64,000 nucleotides of DNA. Origin: Desulfovibrionaceae bacterium CG1_02_65_16. Lineage in GTDB: Bacteria > Desulfobacterota > Desulfovibrionia > Desulfovibrionales > Desulfovibrionaceae. The notes below the pieces were generated by a model. That model saw only the letters and a list, made by a program, of their open reading frames with translations, was not told the DNA's origin and ran no database searches. Positions 1-8,900 of the stretch are shown here, piece by piece. Both the position numbers and the translations under genes were made by a program. Location of the stretch: NCBI GenBank assembly GCA_001871085.1, contig MNUQ01000113.1, positions 11,608 to 75,607 of the forward strand. Direction: 5' to 3'. Every line of letters starts with the position of its first letter. Position 1 is the stretch's first letter.

Positions 1-1210
1 TCGAGCCAGACTTCGGCGTGTACAAGCCGCTGAGCACACGCATGAAGGTGGTTTTGCCCGCGCCGTTGCCGCCGCACAGGAAGACGATTTCGCCGCGCGT
101 AAGTTCGAATTCCGGCACGACGATGGAAAAGACCGGCGAGCCGGAGTCGTCCCGGTGCTCAAAGAGCACGTCGCGCAGGCTCAGGCTCTCAAAGGGCGTC
201 GGCGCGGGGACAGGACCCGCCCACAGCGTCTCCACCCGCTGGCGTTCGCAGTCCTCAATCTCCGCATCCAGTTGGCGCTCCAGTTCGTCAAGCTCGGCCA
301 GGCCCATTTCCACCTTGCCCAGCATGGGCACAAAACCCACCAAGCTCATAAGGGGGGTTACGCAAAACATGACCAGCACCAACAAGGTGGTGACGGACTT
401 GGAATCCACTGACAGAAGCTGCGGCATGACGAACAGGATGAGGCCGAGCACGAGGAGGTCGAATACGGCGAAAAAGGATATGCCCAGGGCGTGTCTCTGC
501 TCCGTGGCGTCGCGCGCGGCGGCGGCCTTTTCAAGGCCGGGCAGCAGCCAGCGCTGAAACAGGTCCACCGTTTTGCCCAGGTGCAGTTTGAGGTGCTGGA
601 AGCCCTCCTGCAGGTCGCTCAGGTCCGAGGCGAATTCCCTCTCCGCCTGCCGGGCCGGAAGCATGAGGCTGTTGACGCTGCGAATGATCCAAAGGAACGT
701 GCCGAGCCCGGCGGCCATGACAAGCAGAACGCCGCAGGCGCCGACGAAGGTTGTGGTGAACATGCGGCCCACCGCCACGACCATCATGATCGAATTGGCC
801 GCTGCGGCCATGAGCATGCGCGCGGCCTCCACAACCATTTCCTGCCCATCCAGCAGCAGCACCTGGGTGCGCTCCGCGCGCATTCGGCCAAAGCGCTCCA
901 GGGGAATGCCGCGCAGCTTGGCGGCCAGGCGGATGCGCTTGTCCATGACCCCGCGCAGGGCAAGCTGGGCCGCCTTGCCCGTTATGTAGTGGAACAAGCG
1001 GTAGAAGGCGTAAAGGCCCAGCACGAAGAGCAGGAGCGTTTTGAATTGTATGCCGTCATCGCCAGAGAGCTCCTCGATGCCGGAAAGCACGCTGAACACG
1101 GTCAGTCCCTGGGTGATGCCGGCTCCCAGGCAGGCGAGCATGAGCCTCCGGGCCTCTGGCCCGGCCTGTTGGCGCAGCAGCGTGATGAAGCGGGAATCCT
1201 GCAGATTCAT
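1..1210 (-). CDS. Cyclic-peptide export ABC transporter (PvdE/SyrD-like, TM + ATPase); 3' end runs off the window
   Basis: Not in the ORF track (no stop inside the window). Manual minus-strand translation from ATG 1210 (AGGA upstream) gives MNLQDSRFITLLRQQ..., several hydrophobic helices, then Walker A 'GEIVFLCGGNGAGKTTFMRVLSGLY'. Lies downstream of the NRPS genes on the same strand. Confidence 0.85.
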   Translation of the reverse strand, partial: MNLQDSRFITLLRQQAGPEARRLMLACLGAGITQGLTVFSVLSGIEELSGDDGIQFKTLLLFVLGLYAFYRLFHYITGKAAQLALRGVMDKRIRLAAKLRGIPLERFGRMRAERTQVLLLDGQEMVVEAARMLMAAAANSIMMVVAVGRMFTTTFVGACGVLLVMAAGLGTFLWIIRSVNSLMLPARQAEREFASDLSDLQEGFQHLKLHLGKTVDLFQRWLLPGLEKAAAARDATEQRHALGISFFAVFDLLVLGLILFVMPQLLSVDSKSVTTLLVLVMFCVTPLMSLVGFVPMLGKVEMGLAELDELERQLDAEIEDCERQRVETLWAGPVPAPTPFESLSLRDVLFEHRDDSGSPVFSIVVPEFELTRGEIVFLCGGNGAGKTTFMRVLSGLYTPKSGS

Positions 1211-1350
1211 GCTTTGTCCTACAATGGTTTCAGGACGTTTGCCCAGCTCCCGGCCGCCACCAGACGGAAGACCGCCCGACAAAAGGATGCCCGCAAAGCG
1301 CAGAATCTCCGCAAGTTAGGCGAATCGTTCCCTGGGGTCAATGGAGCATA

Positions 1351-2502
1351 TCACTTGTGTGTGGGCCCCTCGGTGCGCAAGGCCTTGAGTATGCCCGCCC
1401 CAAGAGAGATGGCCCGTTGGATGACTCGCTCGTTGTTGACGCTGATGGCCACTGCAATTCTCGTTTGGCGGTCGTAAAAATACGCTGTTCCGAAGCCGGG
1501 GAACGAGCCAAGCTTGCCCACCAGCGTTATCGGGGGCGTATCGATCACGAACAACTCGCAGCCATCGAGTTGGCTGACGCTGACGTTACCGCTGTGATTA
1601 TTTGAGGGGGCCTTCCAACCCCCCTGCATGACAAGCGGCGTGAGCGCCACCGTATCAAGAACGGTATTCTTCAACACCCGGTCCAGATTGACCAGCCGCA
1701 CCACATCGCTTGGGGCGGCCTCAAGGTTTCCCGTTCCCTTCGCCACGGCCAGGCTGGCCATCATCGGCAGGTCGAAGCCTTTCCCCGCCGCATTGGTGTA
1801 CCCGCAGGCAAGCCGGGGCACCACCGTATGGTCATTGCCCGACAGCAGGGACTTCATTCCCAGCTTTTCCGCAAACGTGGTGCGCACCAGCGCCTCGTAG
1901 CTCTGGCCGGAAAGCCGCTCACAGATGATGGCCAGCATGAGGAAGCCGGTGTTGGAATAGGCCTGCCGCGTCCCGGGCTGGAACAGCAGGGGCTGCTCCC
2001 CCGCCATGGCGACGAGCACTTCCTGGTTCCAGTGCTTTGCCATGTTGGCGTGCACTGGGGCGAGGGCCAGCATGTCGATGATGCCGGAGCTGTGTTCCAG
2101 CAGGTTGCGGACGGTGATGGCCCCGCCATTGGGAAATCCGGGGAAGAACCGCGCGATGGGCGTGTCGTAGGCGAGCGTGCCGTCCTCAATGTAGCGGTGG
2201 ATGAGCGCGGCGGTGAACACCTTGCTCACCGACCCGATTTTGAACCGGGTCTCAGGGGTCATGGGCGTGGCGTTCTCAATGCACGCCGTGCCGAAGGCCG
2301 CCGTCACGGGTTTGTCGCCGCCCTTTTGCAAAACGGCGATGGACAAGCCGGGAATTTCGGGCTCGGCCGCGACCTTGCCGCCCATTTCCGTAATGAGGGC
2401 ATGGACCTTGGCGGCGTCGAAGCGGGCATGGGCGTTCTCTGGCGCCATGCACAACGCCAGGGCGAAGAGCAGCGCCCAAAAGGGGCGATGGCAATTATTC
2501 AT
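1351..2502 (-). CDS. Secreted serine hydrolase, beta-lactamase class C / PBP fold (S12 peptidase-like)
   Basis: N-terminal signal-like sequence (FWALLFALALCMAPENAHA), SxxK in 'FKIGSVSK', 'LLEHSSGI', YxN in 'AYSNTGF'; start overlaps the NRPS stop by 8 nt. Confidence 0.88.
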   Translation of the reverse strand: MNNCHRPFWALLFALALCMAPENAHARFDAAKVHALITEMGGKVAAEPEIPGLSIAVLQKGGDKPVTAAFGTACIENATPMTPETRFKIGSVSKVFTAALIHRYIEDGTLAYDTPIARFFPGFPNGGAITVRNLLEHSSGIIDMLALAPVHANMAKHWNQEVLVAMAGEQPLLFQPGTRQAYSNTGFLMLAIICERLSGQSYEALVRTTFAEKLGMKSLLSGNDHTVVPRLACGYTNAAGKGFDLPMMASLAVAKGTGNLEAAPSDVVRLVNLDRVLKNTVLDTVALTPLVMQGGWKAPSNNHSGNVSVSQLDGCELFVIDTPPITLVGKLGSFPGFGTAYFYDRQTRIAVAISVNNERVIQRAISLGAGILKALRTEGPTHK

Positions 2503-5500
2503 TGTCGAGTCCCTCCATGATTATTTGGGCAACATTGCCCGCAAGGCCAGGTGAAAGCATGCTCTGGTGGGTTCCCTCTGTCCATTTGAGGGTGATGTTC
2601 TCTTTCTTAAGAAAACGGTTCCAACCTTGGTATTCGTCGTCGGGGACGATCTGCGGGTTATTCCCGAAGTCCAAAGCCCGCACAAACAAAATTTTCAGAT
2701 CAGAAGGCGTGGGGTGGTCATAACGCGCCGCGGCAAGGGCGTTGCATCGGTATGTCCGAAGCAGGCTGTCCATTTGCGCAGGCGTAAACCCCGAAGGCAG
2801 CATCTCGGCGCGTTCACCACACTGGACAAGATACGTCAGCTTCTCCGCACGTGGCAACGAGCGCAGCACTTCATCGTCGAACGTGTCGCCCAATATGCTC
2901 TTGAGCAAGCTGATTTCGCCCTGGGCCGCCATCTGCTTGGCCTTGCTGTTATCGGCCACGGAGTCCAGAATCACCACCCCTCGCAACCTATTGCCCATGG
3001 CGGAATACCGGCAGGCGGCCTCGTAGGCCAGCAGACCGCCGAAGCTCCATCCGCCAAAGACGATGTTCTCGGCCCCGGTTTTGAGGATCTCCCCAAGATA
3101 GAACTCGGCCAAGTCCTCCACCCTGTGCAGTTCGGTGTTGAGCGCCACGCGCTCCGCCCGAAAGCCCGCCGCCTCCACCGCGTACACCGTGTAGGAAGGG
3201 GCAAGCGCCTGGGCCAGCTGGCTGTAACAGAACACGCTGCCGCCCACAGGGTGGAAGAGGAACAAGGTTGGGGCGCCTTCACAGCGGCACAGCTTGATCA
3301 CCGGGCCTTCCTGCGCGGTCGCCTGGCCTGCCATGAATTCGGCGAGCCGGGCGATGCTCGCGTGGGTGAACAACTCGTTCACGGCCACGTGCGCGCCCAG
3401 CTCTTTCTCTATCATGGCCACGAGACGGATGGCCATGATGCTGTTGCCGCCCAGGTTGAAGAAGCTGGCGTCTGCGTCGCGCACCTCGAAGCCGAGCAGA
3501 CGCTTCCACATTTCGGCCAGCTGCTCCTCGACAGCTCCAGCGGGGGGGCGGCCCCCGGCGGTTTGCTTCTCGGCCAGGGGGGAGGGCAACGCTTTCTTGT
3601 CCACCTTGCGGTTGACGGAAAAGGGCAGTTCCACCATGGGCACATAGTAGGCGGGCACACAGTAGGAAGGCAAAAGCTGCTCCAGGTAACTGCGCAGCAA
3701 GGCCGCATCGACAGCGCCGACCACATACGCCGCCAGGCTCCTGCCCTCCTCCGCGCGGAAAGTGTCCGCCGTCACCACCACTTGCCGGACGCCCGGAAAT
3801 TCCGCAATGGCGTTCTCCACCTCGCCTATCTCCACGCGGTTGCCGCGGATTTTGACCTGCTGATCCTCGCGCCCGGAGTAGTGCAGCAGACCAGCGCGCA
3901 AAGAGCCATAATCGCCGGTGCGGTAGCAGGGACGACCTTCCGCCAGGGCGAAGGCCCCCGGGCTCTCCCCGTTCAGATACCCGCGCGAGACCCCGGCTCC
4001 GGAAATCCAGATTTCGCCCGGCTCGCCTTCCGGCGACACGGCCCCATCCCGGCCGCGGATGGTGACCGCCACACCTTCCAGGGGCTTGCCGATGGGATAG
4101 GCGGAGAACGCCGCGTGGTTGGCGTGGTCGATGCGGAAGGCGCTGGAGTCCACGGTGCATTCCGTGGGGCCGTAGATGTTGAAAAGCACCACCCGCTCGT
4201 TGCCGGGAATGGCGTAAAGCTTGCGGATGGTGTCGGGGCGGAGCACCTCTCCGGCCAACAGCAGCCGGGCCACAGGCAGCGTTTGCCGTCGCTCAAACAG
4301 GTGGTCGACCAGCACGTTGAAAAAGGCCGGAGTCATGTCGCACAGGTCTATCCTGTGTTTGCGCGCGCTCTCGCAAAACTGCTCCGGGCTCTTGCGGGCC
4401 GTGTCGGACATGATGTGCAGCGGCTTGCCGCGGAACAGGGAAACCGCAAGCTGCTGGATGGACGCGTCGAAGGACAGAGGGGCCACCAGGGCCACGCTCC
4501 GGCAACCATCCCCGAATTTCCGCAGGGCCCGGAGGATGTGCATGAGGTTGCGGTGCTCCACCACCACTCCCTTGGGCATGCCGGTGGAGCCGCTGGTGTA
4601 CACGACATACGCGGCCTGGGTGGGCGCGCACACGGGCAGTTGATCGCGGGGCAGCGCCCGCGCGTCCGCCATGCCGAAGCGGGACCGGGCCACGGGAGCC
4701 GGCGCCCGCCGGGCTTTGCGTATCACCACATCATAGCGGTACTCAGAAAGCTCGCCCTGCTCCACCGCTGGCCGGGAAAAGAACACCTCCACCGGAATGG
4801 AGCTCTGCGCCGCCCAGTCCGTGAAGAACCGCGCGGGCACGAACAGCTCCGCATCCGCATCCAATCGAAGAAGGCCCGCGCTCACGCCCGTGCCGCGCGC
4901 ATGCTCCAAAAGGGCCGTCCGGAGTCCGTCCTTGCGCTCAAGGTCCGGCACCGCGCCCACGAACAAGGCCCCGTCCTCGGCCAGCAGGGCCATTGCCTCG
5001 TCCAGCACCCGCCGCAGGTAGTTGTAACCCGGGAAATTCTCCGCCACCCCGTTCAGGCAGATGAGATCGAATTTCCCATCCTCCAGGAAGCAGATGTCCA
5101 CGGCCTCCATCTGATGCAGCCGCACCTCGACGGTCGGGGCCAAAGCCCCACCCGAACGCCCGGCCAAATGTTCTACCCGGTCAAGCTCGTTGCGCGCCAA
5201 GTCCACCGCCGTATAGCGCCCGGCGACCCCGGCCAGGGTTCGCGCCACCACGCCGGAGCCGCTGCCGATGTCGAGCACGCGTCCCCCGCCCGAGAAGCCC
5301 GTCTTGACCAGAATGCCCTCCGCCATGCCCGCCAGCACTGCTTCCGGCAGAGGCTTGGCGTCGAACCAGCTGCGCCAGCCCATGTCCGCGCCGGCCTCGG
5401 CCACGGCCTCCCAATAGGTCGTGCTGGCGAGCTCCCCGCCTTTTTCCAGCACCTCGCGGCTGTCCGGCGCATCCACGCACAAAATGTGCTTGATGCCGGA

Positions 5501-5908
5501 ATTCCGGTAGCGCAGGTATTCGGCGTCGCGCAGGCCGTGGCGGTCGGTTATGATGAGCCGGGCGGGCCGCAGCATGTGCTCCCGCCGCGCCAGCGAGAGC
5601 TCGCGCTCCACCGGCAGATACACGGCCCCGGCGCGCAGCGCGCCAAAGGCCGCCGCGAGAAACAGCGCCCCTCTGCTGCACAGCACGCCCACCGCCGCCT
5701 CCGCGCCGTAGCCTTGGTCCAGAATAAAGCCCGCGATGGCCGAGGAGATTTCGTCAAGCTGCGCAAAGGTCAGCGCCATGGCGTCATCGGTCAGAGCCAG
5801 GGCGTCCGGGGCGGTATCGACCACGGCGCGGAACAGCTTCTCGACGCTTTGCCCCTGGGGGGCTTTCGGCTTGGCGGGGGAGTCGAGGGTGAAGTCGGAG
5901 ATCTTCAT
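2495..5908 (-). CDS. Terminal NRPS: A domain interrupted by a methyltransferase, then T and TE (A-MT-A-T-TE)
   Basis: Start taken at ATG 5908 (TAATG overlap with the upstream stop). Motifs: A2 'LRAGAVYLP', SAM motif 'VLDIGSGSG', A3 'YTSGSTGMPKG', 'NIYGPTE', 'YRTGD', T 'FFNLGGNSI', TE 'GGWSFGG'. Confidence 0.93.
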   Translation of the reverse strand: MKISDFTLDSPAKPKAPQGQSVEKLFRAVVDTAPDALALTDDAMALTFAQLDEISSAIAGFILDQGYGAEAAVGVLCSRGALFLAAAFGALRAGAVYLPVERELSLARREHMLRPARLIITDRHGLRDAEYLRYRNSGIKHILCVDAPDSREVLEKGGELASTTYWEAVAEAGADMGWRSWFDAKPLPEAVLAGMAEGILVKTGFSGGGRVLDIGSGSGVVARTLAGVAGRYTAVDLARNELDRVEHLAGRSGGALAPTVEVRLHQMEAVDICFLEDGKFDLICLNGVAENFPGYNYLRRVLDEAMALLAEDGALFVGAVPDLERKDGLRTALLEHARGTGVSAGLLRLDADAELFVPARFFTDWAAQSSIPVEVFFSRPAVEQGELSEYRYDVVIRKARRAPAPVARSRFGMADARALPRDQLPVCAPTQAAYVVYTSGSTGMPKGVVVEHRNLMHILRALRKFGDGCRSVALVAPLSFDASIQQLAVSLFRGKPLHIMSDTARKSPEQFCESARKHRIDLCDMTPAFFNVLVDHLFERRQTLPVARLLLAGEVLRPDTIRKLYAIPGNERVVLFNIYGPTECTVDSSAFRIDHANHAAFSAYPIGKPLEGVAVTIRGRDGAVSPEGEPGEIWISGAGVSRGYLNGESPGAFALAEGRPCYRTGDYGSLRAGLLHYSGREDQQVKIRGNRVEIGEVENAIAEFPGVRQVVVTADTFRAEEGRSLAAYVVGAVDAALLRSYLEQLLPSYCVPAYYVPMVELPFSVNRKVDKKALPSPLAEKQTAGGRPPAGAVEEQLAEMWKRLLGFEVRDADASFFNLGGNSIMAIRLVAMIEKELGAHVAVNELFTHASIARLAEFMAGQATAQEGPVIKLCRCEGAPTLFLFHPVGGSVFCYSQLAQALAPSYTVYAVEAAGFRAERVALNTELHRVEDLAEFYLGEILKTGAENIVFGGWSFGGLLAYEAACRYSAMGNRLRGVVILDSVADNSKAKQMAAQGEISLLKSILGDTFDDEVLRSLPRAEKLTYLVQCGERAEMLPSGFTPAQMDSLLRTYRCNALAAARYDHPTPSDLKILFVRALDFGNNPQIVPDDEYQGWNRFLKKENITLKWTEGTHQSMLSPGLAGNVAQIIMEGLDNE

Positions 5909-8900
5909 TATGCGTTTTCCTTGGCTGCCGCAGTCAGAAATTGGACGTAATAGCCCAGCCAAGCCAAGGCGGTCTCCGTGGCGAGGGCCTGTGTGTCGTA
6001 GGCAAACTGAACGCAAAGACCGCCCGCTTGCTCCCGCACGCGGCAGGCAAGGTCGTGTCCGGCGTCGAGGCCCGGAGCCGCGCCCTTCGCGCCCCAGGCG
6101 AAGGCCAGGCGCAGGCCCGCGCCCTCCCGCGCCGATGCCTGCTCAGCCCCTGTCTGGATGCTCTGCGCCAGGCTGGCGTCCGTCTGGCGCAGCAGTTCGT
6201 CGAACTCCGTCTCGTCATCAATAGCGAAGCGCACCGGCCCGCGGCCCGCAACGTCGACCACGAGCTCCCGCCGCGAGGCGACGCGGCTGAGGAGGATGGC
6301 GAAGGTCGCCACCAACACCGAAACCGCGCTGACGCCCTTTGCCTCGGCAAGGCGCTCTATGTCTTGGCTTAAATCGCCGCCCAGCTCCTGCGTGGCCGTG
6401 GCCGGTTCGCGGTGCGCCGGGGGAGGGCAGGCGAACCGCACAGGTTCGGCCGGGCTCCCCTCGACCATGAGCTCCAGAATGCGCGTGAAATCCTGCGCCA
6501 TGCGCATGATGTTGGCGTGGCTGAACAGATCCGCATAGTACTCCAGGGCAAAGCTGATGCGGCTGCCCGTGTCGCTGGCGAAGATGGACAGGTCCGTCTT
6601 GCTGACCTGTTTGCCGAAGCGCAACGGCTCAAAGAGCTGCGGCGGCCGCGTCTCGCCCGAAACGAACTCGAAGTTCATGTAGGAGAGGATGACCTCGCTC
6701 AGCGGCGAGCGGTCCAAACACGCCGGAGGCCGCAATCCCGCCAGCAGGTTGTTCAGGATGTAGCCGCTGTGCCGCAACGCCTCGTTGCTGGTCCTCTGAA
6801 CCTCCTTGAGCAGCGCGGCCAGGGGCTTTGCGCCGTCCACGGCCAGGCGCAGGGGCAGGAGCGAGGCCAGCATGCCCGCCGTGTTGAGGTGATCCCCGCG
6901 GCTATCCACGGTGATGGCGATGACGAGATCATCGCCCCCGGTGTATGCGTGGGCCAGCAGGCCCCACGCCGCGAGCACGATGTGGTAGTTGGTCGCGCCC
7001 TCACGCCGGGCCAAGCTCTTCACGCCCGCCACCAGCGGCTCCGGCAGCTCAAACTCGTACATGCCGCCCCGATGCGTGAAGACGGCGGGCCGCGCGTGGT
7101 CCGCAGGCAGATTGAGCCTTGGCAGCGCTCCCTGGAAAAGCGACAGCCAATAGTCCCGGTCCTCCGCGTCGGAGCGGGTGAACTGCCGCCAGGCGAAGTC
7201 CTTCTGCTGCGCGCTGACTGGCTCCAGCGGCTGTCCGTGATAGAGCCTGTACAGCTCAAAATTGAGCAGGGAGATGGTTCTGCCGTCCGCCAGGCTGTGG
7301 TGGATGTCGTAGAACAGGACCTTCTCCCCGGCGTCCGTCACCAGCAGCTTGACCCGGAACCCGGCCTCGCGTCTGATGTCGAAGGGGGTGATGAGCGCGT
7401 CCTTGTGCGCAAGATCAGGGAGGCGCACCTCCTCCAGCGTGAACCCCGCGAAGGGGTGGATGATCATGTTCGGGTGCTCGGCCTCAAAGTCGCAGAACGT
7501 GGTCCGCAGCACCTCGTGCCGGCGAATCAGCTCGGCCACGGCCTGCTCAAGCCGCGCCTTGTCCAGGTCGTTTGGAAGCTTGAGAAAGGCCGGAAGGTTG
7601 TAGCCCAGGCTCGCTTCGCCCAGCAGGTCCGCGTAGAGGATGGACAGTTGTTCGCGCCCCACGGGATACGTATCCCGCACGGGGGCGGGCTCTAAATCCT
7701 GTCTGGCGGGCGTGGCCTTGGCGCTTTCGGCCAGCACGCGGACAAGGAAGTCGCCCAGGGTGTCGGCCTCCAGCAGGTCCACGACGCTGGCCTTGAGCCC
7801 CAGCGCCTTGTCGATGCGGCTGACGATGCGGGTTGCGGCGATGGAGTCGCCGCCCAGCTCGAAGAAATCGTCCTCAGGAGTCAGCTGCGTGTCGTAGCCC
7901 AGACTGTCGCGGAAAATCTCCAGCAGTTCGGCTTCGAGCGAAGGCGAGGACGCGTCCCGGCGGGGCGTCTCCGGCTCGGGGAGCGTCGCCTGCCTGCGCC
8001 AAGCCTCCTCCTCGCCCGGCATGGCCACCACGGTCAGTTCGGCCCCGCAGCCCAGCGCCGCAGCCAGCACGCCGAAGGCCTGCTCCGGCCGCAACGCAAG
8101 CCCGCCGAGGTCAGCGCCGGCGCGCGCGGCCATGCCCACGCCCGACCAGGTGTTCCAGCACAGGGCCAGGGCGGGCAGCCCGAGCATGCGGCGGCGCCGG
8201 GCGAAGGCGTTCAGGAAGGCGTTGGCCGCCGTGTAGTCGCATTGCCCCGGAGCCCCGGCCAGGGATGTTCTGGACGAGGCCAGCACGAAGAAGCGCAGGT
8301 TGTCGTGCAGAGTGGCCCGGTGCAGGTTCCAGGTTCCCGCCACCTTGGGCGCAAGCACCGCCTCGTAGGCCTCCCGTGTCTTGGAGAGCAGGTAGCCCTC
8401 GCCCGCCACCCCGGCGGCGTGGATCACCCCCTGCACGGGGCCCACATCGCGGCGGATGGCCGCAAAGGTCTCGTCCACTTGCGCGGTGTCGGTCACGTCG
8501 CAGCGGTACGCGGCAAAGGGCAGGTCCGGCGGGGTTTGCCCGCGCCGATGCAGCAGCACCACGCGGGCCCCTGTGGCGGTGAGCTGCCGCGCCAGGGTGA
8601 GCCCCATGCCGCCAAGCCCGCCGGTGATGACCACGCAGGCCTCCGGCGAGAGGGTCGGGAAGGTCGCCTGGGGTTCCGCAAGGGCCGCAAACCGCCGTAT
8701 ACGCACAACGCCTTGCCGGTCGATGATGCACGGCCCTTCAAAACGGGTGAGACCTTCCAAAAGCGCCCGGAGCGCCTCAGCCGTTGGGGAGGCCATTTCC
8801 ACGTACGCGCTGGAGAGCAGAGGCTCCTCCTGCGGCAGGCACAGGAGCGGGCCGAGCAACAGGGCCTGTTCCGGCGCGCTGCCGACGTTCAGAAGGCCGC

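Noticed and set aside
18-1477. Plus-strand ORFs 18..557 and 491..1477
   Set aside because: Antisense to the ABC exporter, whose Walker A motif is on the minus strand.
1351-2502. True beta-lactam resistance gene (ampC)
   Set aside because: Shares the fold motifs but lacks the KTG triad and is coupled to an NRPS; a peptidase role is more plausible, though untested.
5909-6016. Longer N-terminus of ORF 2495..6016
   Set aside because: Overlaps the upstream gene; the TAATG coupling at 5908 with an AAGGA upstream is the better start.
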